From positions 61,115 to 125,114 of IMG/VR virus record IMGVR_UViG_3300042691_032880: a stretch of DNA of 64,000 nucleotides. One strand, given 5' to 3'. The stretch's first letter is position 1. Each line of letters starts with the position of its first letter. Both the position numbers and the translations under genes were made by a program. Source of the DNA: a virus. Of the stretch, positions 57,046 through 64,000 are shown piece after piece. Below the pieces are notes generated by a model. The model did not search any database, was not told the origin of the DNA, and was given only the letters and a program-made list of their open reading frames with translations.

Positions 57046-57381
57046 ATGAAAGAACAGTTCAACACATATCTGAAAATGATGCTTGCTGTAAGTGCTTCGT
57101 TCCCTGAAATGAAGGATACCTTGCGACAGACATGGTCTAGGATAACCGCTCCCGAAATGCTACCTACGGTGGAGTATTACCACAGGATAGTGGATGGAAA
57201 CACAAGACAGTCTGTCGAGGTAAAGTATCAAAGTATGAAGGAAATCGTCGAGAACGTATACTACAATATTGTTCCCAACGATAATATCGAACACTATCTG
57301 GTCAAAAAGTCCGACACGGTGGTAAATGTAATCCGCCTCAAATGCAGAGGCATAATTGTAACCTACAATGGGGAGAATTAA
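57046..57381 (+). CDS. Hypothetical protein
   Basis: 111 aa in a tightly packed plus-strand operon. Confidence 0.6.
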   Translation: MKEQFNTYLKMMLAVSASFPEMKDTLRQTWSRITAPEMLPTVEYYHRIVDGNTRQSVEVKYQSMKEIVENVYYNIVPNDNIEHYLVKKSDTVVNVIRLKCRGIIVTYNGEN

Positions 57382-57646
57382 GGAATATTATCACGATCAA
57401 ATCAACGAAGGTTCACAATACATACCTGAACCTTACATCTTCAAGTATTTCGTCCATTTCAATTACATGGGCGAGACATTCAACATTTTTGCAGATACAC
57501 ATCAAAGAATCCTGGAACTTGCCAAGCAAGCAATACCTGAGATAAACGGTGTAAGAATGAGCGAAAAGCCGTACGATTTCGCTTTTACAATTCCCCATAT
57601 GGACATCCCTTTTCAGATGTTCGAATGCGGGAACGCGATTTACTAA
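57368..57646 (+). CDS. Hypothetical protein
   Basis: 92 aa, MGRIKEYY start. Confidence 0.6.
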   Translation: MGRIKEYYHDQINEGSQYIPEPYIFKYFVHFNYMGETFNIFADTHQRILELAKQAIPEINGVRMSEKPYDFAFTIPHMDIPFQMFECGNAIY

Positions 57647-57834
57647 TGCTTATTACATATGTGGTGTTAAGTTACCTAGTGATGGGTGGCTTTGCATTTC
57701 TTGCACATAGCATTGAACCTGAAAAGGTTACGTATAAGGATTGGTTGATATGGATTACGGCTCCAGTCACTGTTCCACTATTTATAATACACGTTATTTC
57801 ATCAAAAATCAATCAAAAAACCAAAAATCATTGA
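57646..57834 (+). CDS. Small membrane protein
   Basis: Two hydrophobic segments; TAATG coupling. Confidence 0.55.
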   Translation: MLITYVVLSYLVMGGFAFLAHSIEPEKVTYKDWLIWITAPVTVPLFIIHVISSKINQKTKNH

Positions 57835-57835
57835 T

Positions 57836-58327
57836 ATGAAAACAATCACTGCCACACCAAAAGGAATTGCAATTAATTACGAACGCACCGAGAAATCAAG
57901 TTTCATCCCTTATGAGACTATGGAGCGTTCCACACAAAACAGGGTAAACCGTTTTGGACATTATCAAATGAACACGATCCAGTATGGACTGTACCAGCAA
58001 CTGATGCACGGCATGAAGGCCTATGATCAGGATCAGATCAACACGATGTCTGAATCAGCCAAGTTTACCATTCGCAACAAACACATGCGTGCAACCGAAG
58101 TCATTAACAAGATGAAATATGAGAAGACTTACGGTTACATCAACAAGCTGTTTGACGTGATCTTTCCCCAGATAAAACTGGATTATTACAAGGATGGACG
58201 GTTTGCTGACCTTCCAACCCTGCGTGAACTCAAAATCAGCACGGTAGATATCATTGATGCATGGATAAGCGAGAAATTGCTACCTTTAGACTTCTACAGT
58301 CTAAATGAGCAATCGCTGAAACTATGA
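57836..58327 (+). CDS. Hypothetical protein
   Basis: 163 aa; LRELKIS..IIDAWISEKLLP.DFYSL. Confidence 0.65.
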   Translation: MKTITATPKGIAINYERTEKSSFIPYETMERSTQNRVNRFGHYQMNTIQYGLYQQLMHGMKAYDQDQINTMSESAKFTIRNKHMRATEVINKMKYEKTYGYINKLFDVIFPQIKLDYYKDGRFADLPTLRELKISTVDIIDAWISEKLLPLDFYSLNEQSLKL

Positions 58328-58623
58328 TAATCAAGAATCTCGATAATAATGAAATATCCTGTGTATACTACAGGTTTGAAAGTTACCTGAAGGATCTCGA
58401 TAAGAGGTTGGATTCAGGATACCGTACCGAAAGTATAGACCTTGGTGACAACGACATGCGTGTACAAGGAATATCCATAGTTTATATGTCCGAGGAGGAA
58501 GTGGCTGAAGTCAAAAAAAGCCACTTCTACCTCACGGTACGTTCCATAGTGGAGAAACTCCGCCCCGTTGTGGAACTGATTGAAGAAGCGGAACCTGATA
58601 TTAAAATCAAATTGGATGAGTGA
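58324..58623 (+). CDS. Hypothetical protein
   Basis: 99 aa, ATGA-coupled. Confidence 0.6.
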   Translation: MIIKNLDNNEISCVYYRFESYLKDLDKRLDSGYRTESIDLGDNDMRVQGISIVYMSEEEVAEVKKSHFYLTVRSIVEKLRPVVELIEEAEPDIKIKLDE

Positions 58624-59014
58624 ATACAAATCCCTATTAAAAGAAGCTTTCGATTCGTTCGACAGCATTATCGAAAAGTCTGGAGAAGACAATTACAAAA
58701 TGTTGGTTGTAGGTGTTGAATTTGACAAAGATGGTATGCCTACATCTAGAGGTATGCGTTGCAACGGTAGTCCTGCAGTTGTATTGGCAGGAGTCACTCT
58801 TCTTATAGAAATGCTTGATGAACTTGAAGGTGAAACATTACAAAAGATCAAAAATCTTGGTGAAATGTCCGATAAGTTGTCAAGCTTGCTTTCCAAACTG
58901 GGTATAACCGATCCTTCAGATTCTGAAAAGTTGGATAGTTTACTTGATTCGCTTCCAGATGATGATAAAATCAAACGGTTGTTAAAAGAGTTTAAACGCA
59001 AATTCGGTAAGTAA
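58616..59014 (+). CDS. Hypothetical protein
   Basis: Likely start MSEYKS. Confidence 0.6.
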   Translation: MSEYKSLLKEAFDSFDSIIEKSGEDNYKMLVVGVEFDKDGMPTSRGMRCNGSPAVVLAGVTLLIEMLDELEGETLQKIKNLGEMSDKLSSLLSKLGITDPSDSEKLDSLLDSLPDDDKIKRLLKEFKRKFGK

Positions 59015-59625
59015 TGGGAATGGATTTAAGCGGTCTCAACCCTGTACGCAGAGGTGAAGAGCCAACTATTGACTGGGATAACTCCACCAAGGAGGAACAA
59101 GACAAATACTGGGAGTTGACACAGGAATATCGTAACAACAACCCAGGAGTATACTTCAGAGCCAATCTATGGTCCTGGAGACCTATTGCAGAGTTGATTA
59201 CTACAGTGAATGAAACCTATGGACTTGGATATGATGATAAGTTCATACGCAGCCTTCACTACAATGATGGTACTGGTCTGAAGACACAGGAAGACTGCAA
59301 TAGACTTGCAGATTTCCTGGAATCCTATGTGCAGAACAACTTTGAGGGATGGGATAGCATCGGTGTATTCTACAACCATCTTACCTACAGTACCGTAAAT
59401 GACGAAGGTCATTTGGTTGAGAAGTGGTTGGATGAGAAGGATGCCATATCATTGATCATGGATACTCAGAACGCTGAAGCATTGATTTCCACTGTGTTGT
59501 ATGTAAAGAATGGTGAGATTGACCATGATGGTGTGAGTTACCATACTACGCATAGTACAAGTATTAGTCATTTGCAGGAGTTTATCTCTTTCCTGCGTGA
59601 ATGTGGTGGATTTGCAATCTGGTGA
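59014..59625 (+). CDS. Conserved phage hypothetical protein
   Basis: 203 aa; MGMD..G, YFRANLWSWRP, FLRECGGFAIW. Confidence 0.7.
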   Translation: MGMDLSGLNPVRRGEEPTIDWDNSTKEEQDKYWELTQEYRNNNPGVYFRANLWSWRPIAELITTVNETYGLGYDDKFIRSLHYNDGTGLKTQEDCNRLADFLESYVQNNFEGWDSIGVFYNHLTYSTVNDEGHLVEKWLDEKDAISLIMDTQNAEALISTVLYVKNGEIDHDGVSYHTTHSTSISHLQEFISFLRECGGFAIW

Positions 59626-59626
59626 T

Positions 59627-59911
59627 ATGAGAATACGAGAACTTGACTTGATTACACTTGGGTTCGAAAAGGTCGTGGTTACCCCTGAGGAATCAGGGGA
59701 ACCCCACGGCTGGTATTACTATGAACTCGAGTTAAGTAGTGTAAATGAAAACTTCTCACTGATATCCCAAGAGTCAGACCGCGTGAAGGACGATATATGG
59801 AGGGTCAAGCTGTTTGAGGTGGCAGACTATGAGTTTGAAGACAGGGTTGAACTGCAAGAATTTATATCGTGTTTGTTGAAATTCAAAAAAGATGTAGATT
59901 TACAGCCATGA
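59627..59911 (+). CDS. Hypothetical protein
   Basis: Likely start MRIREL; LITLGFEK, WYYYEL. Confidence 0.6.
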   Translation: MRIRELDLITLGFEKVVVTPEESGEPHGWYYYELELSSVNENFSLISQESDRVKDDIWRVKLFEVADYEFEDRVELQEFISCLLKFKKDVDLQP

Positions 59912-60039
59912 TCGAGTTACTGCTTATAGGAATACCACTCATCGCATTGATATGTGTATTATGGGTGCGTGGAATTGACAGAATGAACAAAAAATACCCT
60001 AAATATAGGGGTGAGGATTATTTAGACGAGGATTTTTAA
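59908..60039 (+). CDS. Small membrane protein (43 aa, not in ORF track)
   Basis: MIELLLIGIPLIALICVLWVRGIDRMNKKYPKYRGEDYLDEDF; fills the gap exactly. Confidence 0.55.
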   Translation: MIELLLIGIPLIALICVLWVRGIDRMNKKYPKYRGEDYLDEDF

Positions 60040-60040
60040 T

Positions 60041-60304
60041 ATGGAAAAGACAGCTATGACCGTATTCATCGACTTTCTGGAGAAGTCGAAAGACACTGGT
60101 AAGGACTTTAATTATGATTTGCTGATAGCGTTCGCCACAGAGTTGCGCGATACCGTCGAGAAACATGATCTATTGCGTGCATATATGCGCAATTATGACA
60201 TCAAGATGTCCGACGATGATTTCAGGAAATTGTTCGTAGATGCGAAAGAGTACTACCGTGAGAAATACGGTGATAATGTCGACCATGAAAAGAAACCCAA
60301 ATGA
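60041..60304 (+). CDS. Hypothetical protein
   Basis: 87 aa; KTAM..EK..AY..AKEYYREKYG pattern common in Bacteroidetes phages. Confidence 0.6.
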   Translation: MEKTAMTVFIDFLEKSKDTGKDFNYDLLIAFATELRDTVEKHDLLRAYMRNYDIKMSDDDFRKLFVDAKEYYREKYGDNVDHEKKPK

Positions 60305-60588
60305 AAGTATTGAACATTATCAAAATTAAAGATGGAAAGCCTCAGATACTTGAGGCTTTTGTCTTTTACAAGGATATGAGTGATTCTGTTTCCCAGGAGA
60401 TAATCGAACGTGCGGAATACAGATATTGCAAATTGTTAGTAGGACTAGGATATGAAATCCAGTCCATGGATAAAAAGGTGTATCAACTTGCGGTCATGGA
60501 AGGTTACAATAATGGTGTAATCATGGCCAGTACTGCCAATGAACCCGAATATTCATTACACCTTGTATGGTCTAATATAGAAGACTAA
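60301..60588 (+). CDS. Hypothetical protein
   Basis: 95 aa, coupled. Confidence 0.55.
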   Translation: MKVLNIIKIKDGKPQILEAFVFYKDMSDSVSQEIIERAEYRYCKLLVGLGYEIQSMDKKVYQLAVMEGYNNGVIMASTANEPEYSLHLVWSNIED

Positions 60589-60761
60589 TGGAAGAACAAG
60601 AGTTCATCGACGCCAATGAGATAAAAAGTCTCAAAGTGGCATATCAGAAAGCAGTGGAGGAGAATCGTGAAGAGTTCACATACAAAGGGCATACTCTGTT
60701 GACAGGATATGCGAAGTATCTAATTGAATATCTTGAGTTGAACAATAAAAAACAAGACTGA
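60588..60761 (+). CDS. Small hypothetical protein (57 aa, not in ORF track)
   Basis: MEEQEFIDANEIKSLKVAYQKAVEENREEFTYKGHTLLTGYAKYLIEYLELNNKKQD. Confidence 0.6.
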   Translation: MEEQEFIDANEIKSLKVAYQKAVEENREEFTYKGHTLLTGYAKYLIEYLELNNKKQD

Positions 60762-60762
60762 T

Positions 60763-62028
60763 ATGTACTTGATCAAAACCGCCTTGGAAGGCACCCAGTT
60801 TACTGTAAAATTCGTTGCTAATCAAAAGAACCAGATGCCTGTAAGCATCAGTGAAAGTACCAGAATCCTAGGTGATGCCAAAATATTGACCAAGTTCCCC
60901 ATAGGTACGCACTTCATTGTGTCTGATATCTCATGGGGTGAGATTGATTCCAAAATCGTAGGTACTGTACGTCCTATGTTCTACGATGATATGATATATG
61001 CGGGTAGTCTTGCCAGTGACAATACCCCTACCAATGCGGATGTGGAGTATCTGATGGACTGGATGATTTCCAATTCTGATTATCGCTGCGAGGGTGCACG
61101 CAAGTATGCTGCTAAGTTCGTTGAACTGGGATACAGCGTGGATGTGGAAGGTAAATGCAAGGATTATGTGGAGGATTCCACAGGTTCTTTGCGTGAGCAG
61201 ATCATCCGTAAGTTCCCTTGTCCAAAGGAGTCTGAGATAGGATTCCACGTGGATGAGGATGTATGGTATCTGCTTATCCGCAATATCATGCGTGGTGAGA
61301 ACACGATGCTGATAGGTCCCACAGGTTCAGGTAAGACAGAATTGGTTACGCATATCACCAAAGCGATGGACAAACATCTGTCTATCCAGGATATGGGTAC
61401 CGTTCAGGATGCCCAGTCAGCACTCTTAGGTGTACACCGTTTGAACAAAGAGGGTCATTCTGAGTTCGATTATGCTCCATTCGTAGGTCACGTACAACGT
61501 GAAGGTATCGTTCTTCTTGACGAGTTGAATCGTGCGCCATTGTCTGCTGCGAATATCCTGTTCCCTTGTCTTGACAGACGTAGGTATCTACCTATCGACA
61601 TCGCTGTCGGTGAGGGTGTGAGGACTGTACCTGTACATGACAAGTGTGTATTCTTTGCCACTGCTAACTTAGGTGCAGAGTATACAGGTACTACGCAGAT
61701 CGACCGTGCGTTGTTGGATCGTTTCATGCCTGTGGAGTTGACATATCCTACAGACACTGCTGAGACCAAGATCCTGATGATCCGCACAGGTATCGATGAG
61801 AAGACTGCCAAAGCGATTGTCAAGGTATCCAAGACCATCCGCGAGCAGTTCAAGGAGCAGGAGTTGTCCAATGTGGTGTCAGTACGACATACCTTGTTGG
61901 CTGCCAGTCTTATCAAGGACGGCTTTGACACTGTAGGTGCATTGATGAAGGTGATTATGCCTTTGTTCGATGACTCTATGGGTGTATCTGAGCGTACCAA
62001 AGTGAAATCCATTATCGCTGCGAACTGA
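60763..62028 (+). CDS. MoxR/CobS-like AAA+ ATPase
   Basis: GPTGSGKT Walker A, VLLDELNRA Walker B, ATAN, DRALLDRF. Confidence 0.9.
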   Translation: MYLIKTALEGTQFTVKFVANQKNQMPVSISESTRILGDAKILTKFPIGTHFIVSDISWGEIDSKIVGTVRPMFYDDMIYAGSLASDNTPTNADVEYLMDWMISNSDYRCEGARKYAAKFVELGYSVDVEGKCKDYVEDSTGSLREQIIRKFPCPKESEIGFHVDEDVWYLLIRNIMRGENTMLIGPTGSGKTELVTHITKAMDKHLSIQDMGTVQDAQSALLGVHRLNKEGHSEFDYAPFVGHVQREGIVLLDELNRAPLSAANILFPCLDRRRYLPIDIAVGEGVRTVPVHDKCVFFATANLGAEYTGTTQIDRALLDRFMPVELTYPTDTAETKILMIRTGIDEKTAKAIVKVSKTIREQFKEQELSNVVSVRHTLLAASLIKDGFDTVGALMKVIMPLFDDSMGVSERTKVKSIIAAN

Positions 62029-62204
62029 TGAAAGAGGAATTTGATGACAGCGAGTATGGTGTAATCACCGTAGGTACTTACTTTCATATCAACGACCATG
62101 GCCTCAAGGTATACGACCTTGAGGAAATGGTCTGCGAGTTTGAACAAAGATTACGGGAGTTAGACCCTTCTGTAAGATTGATAATAACATTTGATACCAA
62201 ATAA
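62028..62204 (+). CDS. Small hypothetical protein (58 aa, not in ORF track)
   Basis: MKEEFDDSEYGVITVGTYFHINDHGLKVYDLEEMVCEFEQRLRELDPSVRLIITFDTK between the AAA and vWA genes. Confidence 0.55.
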   Translation: MKEEFDDSEYGVITVGTYFHINDHGLKVYDLEEMVCEFEQRLRELDPSVRLIITFDTK

Positions 62205-62205
62205 A

Positions 62206-64000
62206 ATGGGTAAAGCAGGATTCAAGTTCTATGACTGGTTCAGCAGGGATGCTGATGAAGGTTACACATATTATGATCCTACAAAACGTTCTATCAGCTG
62301 GGATAAAGGTCTGAAGAATTACAGTGATTTCTTCTTTGGTAATGGTTATTCAACCAAATCCAGTACAAGAGTGACTGAAGCCGCAGGTCTGTTGTCCACC
62401 ATGGCTCGCGTAATGGGAGTAGGTATTGATGAGTTTTCAGGTAAACGCAAGTATACAGGTAAAGCCCATCTTCCAACTGACCTGTTGAAAGACTATGATC
62501 TTCCCATGGATGTGTTCCTGGGTGCTGCACTTCAGAATATGGCTCGTTATGTACATCAAACTGCAGAGGAGATTTCGTATGACCATCGTCTGGATAGCAG
62601 CGTATCCCTTGAGAAGTTTGTACAAAAGGTTCTAAACGAGGAGCGTGTTAGCAAACTGATGGCTGAAGACACTCCAGGTTATCTGCGATTTGTAAAGAAA
62701 TACAAGGAGCATAAGTACAAGGAGCGTCCTGAGCATGAGGGAGACAAGTCCAAGCATCTATTGGATCTGTTTGACCGCATCATTCGCTATCCTGAGGATA
62801 TCACACAGGAGGAGATTGATGAGTTTGCCAAGCCAATTGATGCGATCAAGGATTTGATTCGCAAAAGCGATGGTATTCCTGATGAAGCGACCAAATGTCG
62901 CAAGCTTGCCAAGAAGATTGCTGGTGTGTTGAAGGAGTATATTGAGATTCCTCCTGAGCCAGTCTGCAAGAAAACTCCTGAAGGAGAAGGTGGTGATGAT
63001 GGTTCTTCTGAAGAAAGTGATCCTAAGAAATCAAAGGCAAGTATCCCTGCTGAGCTTGTGGACCACATGAAGAAAATCATGAAATCCATGGCTGAAGAGG
63101 ATAATGAAGATCCTGAGTCTTTGAAGGAGATGGTCAATGAGATGAAGAACATGCGTGAGACCAGTAGTGCAAGTGAAATCAATGGCAAGGTTGACTATAT
63201 CACACCTGAAACTGATTCATATGTCACTAAGAAATACAAACAGATACTCTCTCGCATAGATCTCACCAAGGCATCTGTCATTGGCACATTGCTCAAACGT
63301 AAGAACCGTGATTATCAGTTCTCTCTCAAGTCCATGCGTAGTGGTAGGTTGGATACAGGTAAGCTTGCGGAAGCAAAGCAGCATGTACCCACGATCTATG
63401 AGCGTATGGGTGAGGTGAAGACCAACAAGCTTTGCGTAGGTGTACTTATCGATGAGTCAGGTAGCATGGGTGGTAGCAAAGAAGAAGTCGCTAGACAAGC
63501 TGCGATCATGCTCAATGAATGCCTCAAGGGTGTACCTGATGTCGAACTGTTCATCTATGGTCATACTGCTGACTGGTATGCTAGTGGTTGCAGTGGTAGT
63601 GGTTCTACCCAGTTGTTCATATATCGTGAACCTGGAACCAACAACGAAGCAGCCATGGGTAGCATATCCGCAAAGTATGAGAACCGCGATGGTGTTGCAA
63701 TGATTGCAGCTGCAAAGCGTATGCGTCAACGTACACAGAACCAAGGTGTATTCGTCATACTCAGTGATGGTTCTCCACATGCCAGTTCTTACCATGGACA
63801 AGGTGCCAAAGACCATGTACGCAGGACTGCAACCAAGATTGAACAGATGGGATTCCAAGTCATCCAGGTAACCATTGGAGGATACAGGAGTACTGACATG
63901 TTCAAGAATGTGGTCAATATCGACAACATCGAGGAGTTTCCTATGAAGTTTGTAGGATTCCTCAAGAGTAAGATCAACGATCTGATAAAACAGAAAGTGA
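62206..64000 (+). CDS. CobT-like von Willebrand factor A domain protein (partial, runs off window end)
   Basis: Open from ATG 62206 to the end; RSGRLD, LIDESGSM (MIDAS), ENRDG, ILSDGSP; adjacent to the AAA ATPase. Confidence 0.85.
   Translation, partial: MGKAGFKFYDWFSRDADEGYTYYDPTKRSISWDKGLKNYSDFFFGNGYSTKSSTRVTEAAGLLSTMARVMGVGIDEFSGKRKYTGKAHLPTDLLKDYDLPMDVFLGAALQNMARYVHQTAEEISYDHRLDSSVSLEKFVQKVLNEERVSKLMAEDTPGYLRFVKKYKEHKYKERPEHEGDKSKHLLDLFDRIIRYPEDITQEEIDEFAKPIDAIKDLIRKSDGIPDEATKCRKLAKKIAGVLKEYIEIPPEPVCKKTPEGEGGDDGSSEESDPKKSKASIPAELVDHMKKIMKSMAEEDNEDPESLKEMVNEMKNMRETSSASEINGKVDYITPETDSYVTKKYKQILSRIDLTKASVIGTLLKRKNRDYQFSLKSMRSGRLDTGKLAEAKQHVPTIYERMGEVKTNKLCVGVLIDESGSMGGSKEEVARQAAIMLNECLKGVPDVELFIYGHTADWYASGCSGSGSTQLFIYREPGTNNEAAMGSISAKYENRDGVAMIAAAKRMRQRTQNQGVFVILSDGSPHASSYHGQGAKDHVRRTATKIEQMGFQVIQVTIGGYRSTDMFKNVVNIDNIEEFPMKFVGFLKSKINDLIKQKV

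Noticed and set aside
1-64000. Stop-codon reassignment as in some crAss-like phages
   Set aside because: Long genes (terminase, portal, MCP, muzzle) are uninterrupted in the standard code, and TAG (14226) and TGA (780) both act as stops
62206-64000. Ro60/TROVE protein partnering the tRNA-like RNAs as Y RNAs
   Set aside because: The vWA protein has CobT-like motifs and an adjacent MoxR ATPase; no recognisable TROVE domain or Y-RNA Ro-binding stem

Overview
A 64-kb segment of a large Bacteroidetes-infecting dsDNA phage with crAss-like (Crassvirales-type) architecture and standard genetic code. The left 48.7 kb (minus strand) is the virion module: terminase, portal, scaffold-like protein, major capsid, head-fibre/decoration genes, head-tail ring proteins, an intact ferritin, many Cys-rich and repeat-rich fibre genes, a secreted-protein/lipoprotein cassette, a GH24 lysozyme, a muzzle/tail-stabilisation protein and a truncated cargo protein. 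A recurring TATATTATA motif is a candidate late promoter. From 48.8 kb the genes are on the plus strand: a HEXXH protein, a metallophosphoesterase, many small early-type genes and a MoxR/CobS-like AAA+ ATPase with a vWA partner. The most unusual part is 50.3-55 kb. It holds four copies of an 18-bp GC-rich motif, a ribosomal protein uS10/NusE homologue that lacks its ribosome-binding loop, a tRNA-shaped RNA with no anticodon arm, a 112-nt tRNA-like RNA with an expanded core, two structured RNAs sharing a terminal stem, and a 57-aa protein ending in the SSB-type tail DDLPF. Together these look like an island of host-machinery mimics or an antitermination system. All family assignments are by eye, from motifs and gene order; no searches were run.
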